DNA of 64,000 nucleotides from a candidate division WOR-3 bacterium (GCA_039803205.1 JBDRYB010000003.1:64001-128000); one strand, 5' to 3'. Shown: positions 18,992 through 28,330, counted from the first letter of the stretch. Notes: generated by a model not told the origin, from the letters alone. Translations and numbers: made by a program.

Positions 18992-21706
18992 ATGAGGTAT
19001 ATCATAGGAGCCATGATAGGGGTTCCCCTGATGGCGGGAACCATAATGCCATCGCTGGAAAAGGTGATGAACGAGTCCGAGCCCGGGGAGCGGATAGCGA
19101 TCCTGGTTCACCTGAAGGATAAGCCTGTTTTCAGGATCAACAAGACGACCGCTGAGAAAGCCGCATATATAGATTACCTGAAGGACTTCTGCTCAAAGAG
19201 CCAGGCGCCGGTCATCTCCTTCGCGGAGGGAATAGGCGTCCAGAAGATCCAGAGCTACTGGGTTTTCAATGGTTTCTACGCGGAGGCAACCCCCGAGCAG
19301 ATACGCTCCCTTGCTGAAAGGCCAGAAATAGAATACATCATAGAGGATTTCGTGATAACCCTTCCCAAGGATGAGGTTATAACGCCAGCAGACGGGTCAA
19401 AGGCTGTGGCCTGGGGCGTTGACACAATCCAAGCGGACAGGGTTTGGACCGAGCTCGGGTTCACGGGCGCCGGGATCGTCGTTGCCAACATGGATACCGG
19501 TGTTGATGTGAGCCACCCTGCCTTTGGCGGGAGGTGGCGCTCGGATAATGGCTGGTATGATGCCGTGAACGGCCAACCTAGCCCCTACGATGACCACGGC
19601 CACGGAACCCATACCATGGGGACCATATGCGGAGGCGATGGTCCGGGCCCGTTCGCGCAGGACATAGGCGTTGCCCCCGGAGCGACATTCATAGCGGCGA
19701 AGGCCTTCAACTCTGGCGGCAGTGGCTCAACATCGGACATACACGAGTGCTTCCAGTGGTTTGCTGGCCTGGCCTCGTCCGGAAAGGAGCCGGATCTGGT
19801 CTCAAACTCTTGGGGTTCTACTTCAACCACAAGCCTTGAATACTGGAACGATGTCCAGACATGGCGCTCTCTGGGCATTCACCCCATATTCTCAATAGGA
19901 AACAACGGTTCATCTCCTGGAACTGCCGGCACACCCGGCAATTTCCCCCTTGTCATAGGGGTTGGTGCCACGGATAATTCCGATGTTATAGCCAGCTTCT
20001 CCTCCCGCGGCCCAGCGCCCAACCAGAACCCCTGGAATGACCCGGCTAACTGGCTCAGATCGGACTGGAACCTCATAAAGCCCGATATATCAGCGCCCGG
20101 AGTTAGCGTCTATTCAGCCCTTCCCGGCGGCGGATACGGAACCATGGACGGAACATCTATGGCCTGCCCGCATGTTGCCGGAACCGTTGCGCTCATGCTT
20201 GAGAAGAACTCCACGCTGGACATATATACGATATACGATATCCTCCTGAACACGGCTGTGTGGAAGGGCCACATGGGCACGAGGCCCAACAACAACTATG
20301 GCTGGGGAAGGGTTAACGCCTATGATGCCGTGAGCAATGTTCCCGGGACCAACATGCCCAATGTGGTAATCCAGTCCACTGCCCTGAGCGAGCCTTCCGG
20401 CAACGGGCTTTGGGACCCAAACGAGCAGGTATCTTTCGTGGTGACGCTGAGGAACACGGGCATAAGCGTTCAGAATGTGAATGCGACCCTGTCCGGCTCG
20501 GACAGCTATGTCAGCCTCCTTGACTCGGTAGCGAGCTATGGGGATATCGCGCAGGGCCAGAGCAAAGACAACGCCTCAGACCCTTATGATGCCTTTGCCA
20601 GCTCCTCAACACCATGCGGATACAACAAGAACTTCAACATGCACATAACCGGCACGAACCCAGCATACAGCGTTGATAGGAGCCTCAGCTTCACCATAGG
20701 GGTGGCCCCTGGCCAGCAGTTCAATTCCTTTGACGGCCCGTCCTCAGGCGATTATTACCTCTATGGAGCCGCTTTTGATGGCAACAACCTTTGGGTCGTC
20801 TATTTCCTCGGAACGAGCCTATACAAGCTGAATCCGGACAACGGCTCTCTGAGGGGAACCATAACCGCTCCGAACGATTCCATCACCGACATAGCTTGGG
20901 ACCCAACGAGGAAGTGCCTCTGGCTCCACGACTGTAGCAGGAAGTTGATTTACAGGATAGATACCCTCGGCAACCTCCAGGGCTCGTTCTCATCCCCGGC
21001 CACGACATACCCAACTGGCCTCACTTATGATCCGCTCCAAGACATAATCTATGTTGCTGACAGGGACAACTACATGATATACAAGGTAAACCCAAACACG
21101 GGCGCGACCATATCCTCCCACAATGTTAATTTCGGCGGCCAGTATGGCCCGAGGTGTCTGGCAGTGGAGCCTCGCGGCTCAGGAGGCTCTGGAACCCTCA
21201 TCTTCATGTATACCTTCTTCAATGCCGGTGGCACCCTGGATTCAACGGTTCTCTATGAGCTCAGCAAGACCGACTGCTCAAGAACCGGCAAGAGCTACAA
21301 CTTCGGCGCGGCTAACCTAAGGGGAATTGAGTATGATTCCAGGAAGGGGCTCTACTGGATAACATACATGCAGGATGACATCATAGCGGAGATAGGCGGG
21401 TTCTACTGCGAGTCTGGGACCGGAGTGGTCGGCCAGAAGCCCTTTATACCCCTTACAATAGAAGGGCCTTGGCCCTCTGTTTGCAGAGGGGATTACAGCC
21501 TGCTCCTTGCCCTTCCTTCGGATGCCCTCGTCAGGGTATCTGCCTACGATATAACCGGGAGGCTAGTTGAGAGGGTCTTCACTGGGAAGCTGGGTTCCGG
21601 CATCCACACCCTGAATGTGAGCACGAACCTCGGCTCAGGGGTCTATATCCTGAGGGCTGAGATAGGGAATGAGTCCTTCATCAGGAAGCTCATCATAGAG
21701 AAATAG
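18992..21706 (+). CDS. S8 subtilase (bacillopeptidase F-like) with prodomain, beta-propeller region and T9SS-type CTD
   Basis: DTG, HGTHTMG, GTSMACPHVAG triad; CTD AYDITGRLV...GVYILR...KLIIEK; GGAGG before ATG 18992. Confidence 0.92.
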   Translation: MRYIIGAMIGVPLMAGTIMPSLEKVMNESEPGERIAILVHLKDKPVFRINKTTAEKAAYIDYLKDFCSKSQAPVISFAEGIGVQKIQSYWVFNGFYAEATPEQIRSLAERPEIEYIIEDFVITLPKDEVITPADGSKAVAWGVDTIQADRVWTELGFTGAGIVVANMDTGVDVSHPAFGGRWRSDNGWYDAVNGQPSPYDDHGHGTHTMGTICGGDGPGPFAQDIGVAPGATFIAAKAFNSGGSGSTSDIHECFQWFAGLASSGKEPDLVSNSWGSTSTTSLEYWNDVQTWRSLGIHPIFSIGNNGSSPGTAGTPGNFPLVIGVGATDNSDVIASFSSRGPAPNQNPWNDPANWLRSDWNLIKPDISAPGVSVYSALPGGGYGTMDGTSMACPHVAGTVALMLEKNSTLDIYTIYDILLNTAVWKGHMGTRPNNNYGWGRVNAYDAVSNVPGTNMPNVVIQSTALSEPSGNGLWDPNEQVSFVVTLRNTGISVQNVNATLSGSDSYVSLLDSVASYGDIAQGQSKDNASDPYDAFASSSTPCGYNKNFNMHITGTNPAYSVDRSLSFTIGVAPGQQFNSFDGPSSGDYYLYGAAFDGNNLWVVYFLGTSLYKLNPDNGSLRGTITAPNDSITDIAWDPTRKCLWLHDCSRKLIYRIDTLGNLQGSFSSPATTYPTGLTYDPLQDIIYVADRDNYMIYKVNPNTGATISSHNVNFGGQYGPRCLAVEPRGSGGSGTLIFMYTFFNAGGTLDSTVLYELSKTDCSRTGKSYNFGAANLRGIEYDSRKGLYWITYMQDDIIAEIGGFYCESGTGVVGQKPFIPLTIEGPWPSVCRGDYSLLLALPSDALVRVSAYDITGRLVERVFTGKLGSGIHTLNVSTNLGSGVYILRAEIGNESFIRKLIIEK

Positions 21707-21728
21707 GAATATACTCTGAGAAAACAGG

Positions 21729-21755
21729 GCCCCTCCTTTTTGGAGGGGCTTTTTT
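21729..21755 (+). terminator. Rho-independent terminator
   Basis: gcccctcc-ttttt-ggaggggc followed by T6, between convergent genes. Confidence 0.85.
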
Positions 21756-21760
21756 AATTC

Positions 21761-22660
21761 TCAGTCCGAGGTTCCGGCCATGAGCCTTAGCCTCTTTCTG
21801 GCCACTTCAATAACCCTATCTCTCCCCCTGCCCAAGTATTTCCTGGGATCAAACTCTCGGGGATTATCCCTGATGTAGCGCAGTATCCCAGCGAGGAAGG
21901 CCAGCCTCAGATCCGTATCAACATTAACCTTCATGACCCCGCGCGCTATCGCTTCGGCTATCTGATCATCCGGAACCCCCCTCGCGCCCTCAAGCTCAAT
22001 GCCCATCGCCATAAGCTCAGCTATAAGATCCTGGGGAACCCCGGACGCGCCGTGAAGGACAAGGGGTATTTTGACCTTATCCCTTATCGCCTCCAGCCTC
22101 TTGAGGTCCAAACTTGGTTCACCCTTGAACTTGTAAGCGCCGTGTGATGTGCCAACAGCAACGGCCAGGGCATCAACACCGGTCTCCTCAACGAACCTAT
22201 AGGCCTCATCTGGGTCCGTCAAAAGCGCCCTATCAGATGAGGCAGAATCCTCAATTCCTCTTAGAACCCCTATTTCCCCCTCACAGGTAGCGCCGCGCTC
22301 GTGGGCCAAGCGTGCGGCTTCGGCTGTAAGCCTTACATTCTCGTCAAATGGGAGATGCGAGCCATCAAACATCACGGAGGAAAATCCAGCGTCAAGAGCG
22401 ATTTTTATCGCGTCCAGGCTCTTTCCGTGGTCAAGGTGTAGGGCAACCCTTATCCCCTTTTCCTCTGAGACAGCCCTGACCATTGCCACCAGGGTCCTTG
22501 GCCCAACATAGGCCAGCGCTCCCTCGGTAGCGGCAACGATCGCGGGTCTCTTCTCCTCACGCGCGGCCTCGCAGACAGCCTGGATGAACTCCAGGTTGTT
22601 GACATTGAAGGCAGGACAAGGGCCCTCAGAGAACACATCATTCAGCGTTAGGAAACCCAT
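21761..22660 (-). CDS. fba: Class II fructose-1,6-bisphosphate aldolase
   Basis: AFNVNNLE, HLDHG, SSVMFDGS, GTSHGAYK, LVLHGASG, KVNVDTD. Confidence 0.95.
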   Translation of the reverse strand: MGFLTLNDVFSEGPCPAFNVNNLEFIQAVCEAAREEKRPAIVAATEGALAYVGPRTLVAMVRAVSEEKGIRVALHLDHGKSLDAIKIALDAGFSSVMFDGSHLPFDENVRLTAEAARLAHERGATCEGEIGVLRGIEDSASSDRALLTDPDEAYRFVEETGVDALAVAVGTSHGAYKFKGEPSLDLKRLEAIRDKVKIPLVLHGASGVPQDLIAELMAMGIELEGARGVPDDQIAEAIARGVMKVNVDTDLRLAFLAGILRYIRDNPREFDPRKYLGRGRDRVIEVARKRLRLMAGTSD

Positions 22661-22739
22661 TTGAGAGAAATGATAACTCGCCCTAATGGGGTTGTTCAAC
22701 CCCCTTGTCCCCGAATAAGGGGGCGCACCAGGCCTTACC

Positions 22740-23024
22740 TCAATCGCCGCACTTCAATAATCCCAATAGCCACTCCAAAAGCCTGTCCGCTCCACGCTCA
22801 AGGTCCCTTATCTTTAAGGCTATTTCCGCTCGTTGTGCCATGAGCCTTGAATAGAGAGCGCCCGCGCGAGCATCGCCCTCAAGGGCCTGCTCCTCAATCC
22901 TCCCGAGGACAGCATCAATCCTACTCAGAGTATCCCTCAGAACCCCCACTGGGTCCAGAGGTTCTCCTTCACGAATTCCTCTAGAGCTCGGCATTTCTCT
23001 TCGCCGAAGTGTCTCTTGGCCCAA
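22740..23024 (-). CDS. Small helical protein, possible terminase small subunit lacking N-terminal HTH
   Basis: ALEGDARAGALYSRLMAQRAEIAL resembles the AxxGDxxA...MxxRA core of phage TerS-like proteins; last gene of the sigma-like operon; true start probably ~22960-22970. Confidence 0.4.
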   Translation of the reverse strand: MGQETLRRREMPSSRGIREGEPLDPVGVLRDTLSRIDAVLGRIEEQALEGDARAGALYSRLMAQRAEIALKIRDLERGADRLLEWLLGLLKCGD

Positions 23025-23146
23025 GCCCAGCTCCGCCTCTCATAGACAATGGCCTCAGCCAGCTCGGTGAGATCCGGCCTCAGCGCTTCAAGCCTGTCCA
23101 GGAGAAGGTTTCCCTTTTCGGCGAGGATGAACCCTTCAGATAGCAT
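22937..23146 (-). CDS. Small protein, possible sigma region-4-like half of a split sigma factor
   Basis: Overlaps stop of 23136-23483 by 11 nt; LEALRPDLTELAEAIVYERRSWAWA resembles region 4 spacing. Confidence 0.4.
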   Translation of the reverse strand: MLSEGFILAEKGNLLLDRLEALRPDLTELAEAIVYERRSWAWAKRHFGEEKCRALEEFVKENLWTQWGF

Positions 23147-23483
23147 AGTCTTCCTCCAATTCGTCTAAGGACACGAAGATCATTCGCGTCGCCTTTTTCT
23201 TGAGCTTCCAAAGGTGCTTCTTCATCGCGGCAATGTAATATTGCCTGAATTCTCTGGCCTTGCCAGGGGCCCAAGACGACAAGACCTTGAAGAGGAGGAG
23301 CCTGAGCTCCTGGGCCACATCCTCCTGTTCCGTGCCGTCCATGAAGTTAGCTGAGGCTCTCAGGATGTAGCGTTCCAGAAAGGAATGCAGGCGGACAAAG
23401 GCTTCAGGGTCACCCATTTTGGCCTCTATGGCGGCTTTGTCTATTTCCTTGCCAGAGGGGTTCATGTTATTTAGTGAGCCCAT
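23136..23483 (-). CDS. Sigma-70 region-2-like protein (phage-type sigma/activator)
   Basis: AKMGDPEAFVRL...EQEDVAQELRLLLFKVLSSWAP...FRQY...VSLDEL; GGAGG RBS. Confidence 0.75.
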   Translation of the reverse strand: MGSLNNMNPSGKEIDKAAIEAKMGDPEAFVRLHSFLERYILRASANFMDGTEQEDVAQELRLLLFKVLSSWAPGKAREFRQYYIAAMKKHLWKLKKKATRMIFVSLDELEEDYAI

Positions 23484-23559
23484 TTTTGTCCTCCGTCGTG
23501 AATAGTGTTGATTTGATCCGGGCTCAGCCCTTGCTTTATGCTTTTGAGGTTCACCATGA

Positions 23560-23599
23560 TCCGTTAAATATTATAACGGAAAACCGTGATGAAGATCAA
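23560..23599 (-). promoter_or_regulatory. Sigma-70 promoter for the sigma-like operon with palindromic candidate operator over the -10 box
   Basis: TCCGTTA-N7-TAACGGA (23560-23580); minus strand TTGATC-N18-TATAAT (23599-23570). Confidence 0.6.
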
Positions 23600-23612
23600 G
23601 TAGCTAACTAAT

Positions 23613-24248
23613 ATGCGTGATAAAGGGGAAACGATCGGCGCCCGTATAAAGAGGGCCAGGGAGCACCGGGGCATGTCTCAGCTCAGGCTTGCCAGACAAA
23701 TAGGGGTGCCTTTCCAGCGCATCTCCGAGTGGGAGAGGGGCCTGGTTTCCCCATCCGCTCGTTACCTTAAGGCAATAGCTGATTCGCTTTCCGTTTCATT
23801 GGATTGGCTTCTTTCAGGGATGGGCCCGATGGAGAGGCCTGAAAGAAGCGATGCAATATTCCCTGTGCATCAGGTTCCTGTTTACGGCACGGTCCCAGGG
23901 GGGCCTCCGTATGACCCAGGTGACCCCGGAGTCATGGAGGTAATAGGGGTTCCTGCGGAATACTCGGGAAGGGATGTTTTTGGCCTCGTTGTGAAGGGTG
24001 ATTCCATGTCTCCAACCCTCGTGGATGGGGACAGGGTGCTGGTCGCGAGGGATATTAGGCCCAGAGATGGGCTTATCGTTGTGGTAAAAATGAACCAAGG
24101 CGAATATACCGTCAAGCGCATGAGGAGGCAAGGGGATCTCCTCATACTCATGCCTGATAATCCCAACTTTCAGCCCATTGTTCTTGCCCCTGATGATGAG
24201 GGAGAGATAGTTGGCGTCGTGGTTGAGGTGATAAGGAGGCTATTGTGA
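23613..24248 (+). CDS. CI-like repressor: XRE HTH + S24 autopeptidase
   Basis: IGARIKRAR...MSQLRLA...ISEWERG; VPVYGTVPGG cleavage region; GDSM Ser and VKR Lys dyad. Confidence 0.92.
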   Translation: MRDKGETIGARIKRAREHRGMSQLRLARQIGVPFQRISEWERGLVSPSARYLKAIADSLSVSLDWLLSGMGPMERPERSDAIFPVHQVPVYGTVPGGPPYDPGDPGVMEVIGVPAEYSGRDVFGLVVKGDSMSPTLVDGDRVLVARDIRPRDGLIVVVKMNQGEYTVKRMRRQGDLLILMPDNPNFQPIVLAPDDEGEIVGVVVEVIRRLL

Positions 24249-25327
24249 TAAGGGCTGAGATGACAAGATGGCCAGAGGGAAGGACTCCGGCCTTCCTCAT
24301 GATTGACGATGTTGGCGATCTCGTTGTGGGGGATACTCAGGAAGGAGATTGGGGAGGCCTTGGAATAGGCCCAAACTCCACATGGGAGTTCTTCACGGAA
24401 ACATACAGGCGTGCTGTCCCGAGGCTCAGGGCCGTGTTTTTTGTTTCTCCTGGCCAGTTCCTAAACGCGCGCCTCGTGCCGGGCATCAAGATTCAGAGGC
24501 AAGGCAAGATTGTTGAATTGTTGGAGGTAATTGCCAGAGCACGTTGGGCCGAGATAGGTTTTCACGGTATGGATCACACTAGGCTGGATGGGAGGCCGGA
24601 ATGCTCAGGGCTTGAAGACCCAAAAATGTGGCTCGCGAGGGGAAAGTCTGCCCTTGAGGAGCTGACTGGGGCCAAGGTTCTCGGTGGGAAGTGCCCTGGT
24701 TATGAGGGATACGAGCTCGTGGAGAAATACCTCACAGAAGCAGGGTTTCGGTGGTGGGCTGATGCCTGGACACCAGTAAGGGGAGGAAGGGGCTGTTTTC
24801 ACGGGGGAAGAGGCGTTATCACGAACCAGAGGGGGGTGAGATTATTCCCAAGCAACATCGGCGCATACACGGGGCTTTATCGGAGGGGCCGCTCCGTTAT
24901 TGAGAGGCTCTTCATGAAAAGGAGGATGGCCAGACTGTTCGCTAGGGCAAGGTTCCTCGTTGAAAAGGGGATTCCCGTTACCATCCAAACGCACTACGCG
25001 GCGTTGCGCCCCGATGGGGCCAGGCAGGTCTACAACCTATACGATGACAGGCCCTTGCTCCTTCCTCTTCTTACGGGGCTTGACGATCTGGTTTGGTGGG
25101 CTTTGCCAAGAGAGATATGCGATTACCTTGATACCGTTGAATCCATGAGCTTCCTCGTTGATGGCTTTAAGCTGATAATCAACTCTGAGCGGCCGCGCTG
25201 GGATGTCTCGTTTAGGATTCACCCTTGCCCCTCGTATCTCATGGCGCCTGAGGGCTACAGGGTCTATCCGAAAAAAGGGCTCTTCACCTTCCTCCCTAAG
25301 CCTGGGGCATACGAGGCGGTTTTCTAG
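24245..25327 (+). CDS. Polysaccharide deacetylase-like (CE4/NodB fold) protein
   Basis: LMIDD, EIGFHGMDH, GGKCPGY; GTGA overlap with repressor stop. Confidence 0.7.
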   Translation: MIRAEMTRWPEGRTPAFLMIDDVGDLVVGDTQEGDWGGLGIGPNSTWEFFTETYRRAVPRLRAVFFVSPGQFLNARLVPGIKIQRQGKIVELLEVIARARWAEIGFHGMDHTRLDGRPECSGLEDPKMWLARGKSALEELTGAKVLGGKCPGYEGYELVEKYLTEAGFRWWADAWTPVRGGRGCFHGGRGVITNQRGVRLFPSNIGAYTGLYRRGRSVIERLFMKRRMARLFARARFLVEKGIPVTIQTHYAALRPDGARQVYNLYDDRPLLLPLLTGLDDLVWWALPREICDYLDTVESMSFLVDGFKLIINSERPRWDVSFRIHPCPSYLMAPEGYRVYPKKGLFTFLPKPGAYEAVF

Positions 25328-26345
25328 CCCATGCCCCAACCATCCTCATCCTAAAGGTTGGCAAGGGAAGGGCCAGGGCCCTGTTCATAGTGTATCCCGT
25401 TGACCATATCCTCTTGTAATCCTCATCCCCTCGCATGAAGTTGAACTCCGCAAGTCCAGCATCAGCGCACCACCTGATTGCGTGCGCCAGATGGACCTTT
25501 CCGGGGGACAGCTCAAAGAGCCCGGGATCGTATGATGTGTTCCAATCCCAGAATATCCCGTCCCGAAGAAAACCGAGCCTGTATGAGATCAGAGAGCTGT
25601 CCGCCCTCATGGTAAAGATGAGCAGTCTTCCTTTGGCCTGGCTCTCTCGTATCATCCTTAAGGTAAAATCAGCCCTCTTTCCGATAAATGGGCTTCTCCT
25701 CTCCCTTCTCTTGGCGTTCAGGTTTACCATTTCCGATATAAGGGCCTCATCAGCCTCCTTAAGGACATCGTATCTTACCTCAAAATTCTCCCTGAGCTTT
25801 CGCTCCTTCTTGTGGATGTCCCTCCTCGCGTTCCTCCCGGCACCGCGCCAGAGCGCTTCGTATCCAACCCTGAGATCGGCGAAATAAACCCTAACCCAAT
25901 CCTGGAGTTTAACCCCAAAGGCATCTGAGAGAGGCGACGCGAACGCGGAAGATCCCGGGAACTGCTCAAGCCTTATCTCGTCCACTTTGGGAACCCCCTT
26001 AAGGGCCTCAGCGAAGGCGCGCGCGACATCCCCCGGTTTTACATCAGGGCAAGCCAAGATATCTGAGAAGTCCGTGGGCCCCTGGGAGAGGAATGTTAGG
26101 ATGCGCTTTTTGATCAATCCTCGCAAGGCCAAAGAGGCCTCCCTCCTCTCAAAGAAACCGCAGGCTAGGATGTCATTCCCCTCCCTGAGAACTATAGCAA
26201 AAGGCCTTTGGGCCAGGGTTTCAAGCCAGGGTAGGAGCCACCAGGATTCCATCTGTATCCCACATGGGTGCGCCCGTGCCAAACGCTCAGCCATCCGGAT
26301 GAGCTCGGCTATTTCATCGGGATTCTCAACCCTCTCCTTCCTCAA
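25296..26345 (-). CDS. GNAT acetyltransferase, CelD/BcsL-like
   Basis: TDFSDIL, SYDPGLFELSPG, FNFMRGDEDYKRIW. Confidence 0.85.
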   Translation of the reverse strand: MRKERVENPDEIAELIRMAERLARAHPCGIQMESWWLLPWLETLAQRPFAIVLREGNDILACGFFERREASLALRGLIKKRILTFLSQGPTDFSDILACPDVKPGDVARAFAEALKGVPKVDEIRLEQFPGSSAFASPLSDAFGVKLQDWVRVYFADLRVGYEALWRGAGRNARRDIHKKERKLRENFEVRYDVLKEADEALISEMVNLNAKRRERRSPFIGKRADFTLRMIRESQAKGRLLIFTMRADSSLISYRLGFLRDGIFWDWNTSYDPGLFELSPGKVHLAHAIRWCADAGLAEFNFMRGDEDYKRIWSTGYTMNRALALPLPTFRMRMVGAWARKPPRMPQA

Positions 26346-28224
26346 GTTTCCTCCTCCATGTGAATGTGATGCCGAATATCTTTATGCCCGCGACCCTGGC
26401 CACGGGCCTGAATCCAGCGTTTCTGAAGGCCTTCATTGATGCCTCATTGCCTTCAAGCACGATTGCCTCGGCAACCGTGAGTCCTGCTTTCCTTGCGTCC
26501 TGCCAGATCGTTTCCAGGACACCCGTGTATATGCCAAGGCCCCTGAACTCAGGGAGAGTCAAAGAATCAAATACATAAGCAACACCAGGACTCGCTTTGT
26601 AGCCTGTTCTCGGTTCACGCTCGCCACCAGTGGCTACCCAGGTTATGTGTGCTGGTTCGCCATTCCAAAAGCCAACATAGCAGGCAACACCCCTATTGTG
26701 TCTCTCCTCGTAGACCCCTTCTCTGTCCTTTCTAAAGACTCGGATCAGCTCTGGATCCGAGACCTTCTCAACCACGAGCCCGCCTGGGATCAGGAACGCC
26801 TCGCCGCTGTTCAAAGACCTTCTGACCAGAAAACCTTTGGTTATTCCAAAGAGACTCTTCCTGTAAAGATAAACACCCACAGTAGAAAAACCAATAGCGA
26901 GAACCACCCTCCACCAGACCCTCTGAGACATCAGCGAGGCGGCCGCAATTATCCCTGCCCAAACGGCTATGGCAACCAGCTTCTTCCACTCGTATTTTAC
27001 CGGGAATTTTCTCTGTGAGGCTACCAGAGTGAATACGGAAATGAAGAGAAACGATATGAGGGTTGCCCATGCCGCGCCCATCATTCCGAAGAGGGGAATG
27101 AGAAGGAGGTTGAGAGCCATGTTGAGGAGGGCTCCGATGATGAAAGCGACCGATATGGGCCACGGTTTCTTTATTATGTGCAATCCGGCGCCGGTTATCC
27201 AGCCCGAACCAAGGACGACATAGGATAATGCAACGAGGCCAACCACATCCAGAGCGCCCCAGTATTGCTTCGTGGCCATCGCCTTCAGTATGGCGGGCGC
27301 GAGGAGAAAAAGCCCAAGGGTGACCCACAGCCCGAAGAAGGAGTAAAGGGTTGCTATTCGGGATATTGAGCTCTTTGCCCTTTCGTGATCCCCCGCCTCC
27401 GCGTAAATTAGGGGTGGCCAAGCGAGCCTGAAAGGCTTCACGAGGCCTATTTCCGAAAGCTGGCCTATTCTGTATCCGACCGAGTAAAGACCGACCTGCG
27501 TCATATCAGAGAGCGCCTGAAGGAAATACCTGTCAGACATGTTAAGAACCCAGGCCGCTAGGTTTCCGGGTTCAAGCGCTATCCCGAACTTGGTTATCTC
27601 TTTTAGCTTTCTCCAGGAGAAAGAGGGCTTTCTGTTCCAAAGGCCAACTGGGGCCAAGAGGGCGAGTATGGCGATGTTGGAGATTATTCCTGCCTCAAGT
27701 ATTCCCGCGACCCCCCTGAGGAAACCAACCACAAAGAGAATGTTCAGGCCCAGCCTGAGCGCAAAACCCCCGAGGTTCGCGATCGTGTAGAGCAGGGGCC
27801 TTTCCTGTGCCCTCATGAGGTTCTGAAGCACTACAACCCAGGAGCCCGTCGCGAAGCCGAGCGCTGTTAGGCTAACAAGGTAAGGGCCGCCGGAAACAGG
27901 GGCCAAAAAGCGCGAAAGGGGTCCCGCGAGGGCCATCATGAGGGTCGCGCCCGAGGAGCTCAGGACAACGACGGCACCAAGAGAGGAGTATATGACCTCG
28001 TTTCTCTCCCTTTCCTCAGGGTAAAACCTGAGCATTCCGGAGGGTATGCCGAGGCAGAAGGCTATGGTAAGAAGGCCTGATGTGACCGATAGAACCGATA
28101 GGACGCCGTAATCAGCAGGGGTAAGGAACCTGGTATATACGGGCAGAAGCACAAAACCAACCAGAGGCGAGAGCAGTGTGCCCAGGCCGTATATGAGGGT
28201 ATCCACGAGGAGGCGTCGGATCAC
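26326..28224 (-). CDS. Wzx-type polysaccharide flippase fused to C-terminal GNAT domain
   Basis: LLPVYTRFLTPADYG, DRYFL, VGLYSVGY, GMMGAAWAT; last ~170 aa TLPEFRGLGIY, NEASMKAFRNAGF. Confidence 0.85.
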   Translation of the reverse strand: MIRRLLVDTLIYGLGTLLSPLVGFVLLPVYTRFLTPADYGVLSVLSVTSGLLTIAFCLGIPSGMLRFYPEERERNEVIYSSLGAVVVLSSSGATLMMALAGPLSRFLAPVSGGPYLVSLTALGFATGSWVVVLQNLMRAQERPLLYTIANLGGFALRLGLNILFVVGFLRGVAGILEAGIISNIAILALLAPVGLWNRKPSFSWRKLKEITKFGIALEPGNLAAWVLNMSDRYFLQALSDMTQVGLYSVGYRIGQLSEIGLVKPFRLAWPPLIYAEAGDHERAKSSISRIATLYSFFGLWVTLGLFLLAPAILKAMATKQYWGALDVVGLVALSYVVLGSGWITGAGLHIIKKPWPISVAFIIGALLNMALNLLLIPLFGMMGAAWATLISFLFISVFTLVASQRKFPVKYEWKKLVAIAVWAGIIAAASLMSQRVWWRVVLAIGFSTVGVYLYRKSLFGITKGFLVRRSLNSGEAFLIPGGLVVEKVSDPELIRVFRKDREGVYEERHNRGVACYVGFWNGEPAHITWVATGGEREPRTGYKASPGVAYVFDSLTLPEFRGLGIYTGVLETIWQDARKAGLTVAEAIVLEGNEASMKAFRNAGFRPVARVAGIKIFGITFTWRRKLEEGEG

Positions 28225-28330
28225 TTAGTTTTATAATTTTAACACGAGACTTCGACCGAAAGCATTCATGTTGCGGGGAACTGCTCAAACTGAATTATAA
28301 TTTAAAGCCTGGTTCTAAGGGAGCAAAACC

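Noticed and set aside
23613..24248. Host LexA
   Set aside because: The N-terminus is an XRE/HTH_3 domain, not the LexA winged helix.
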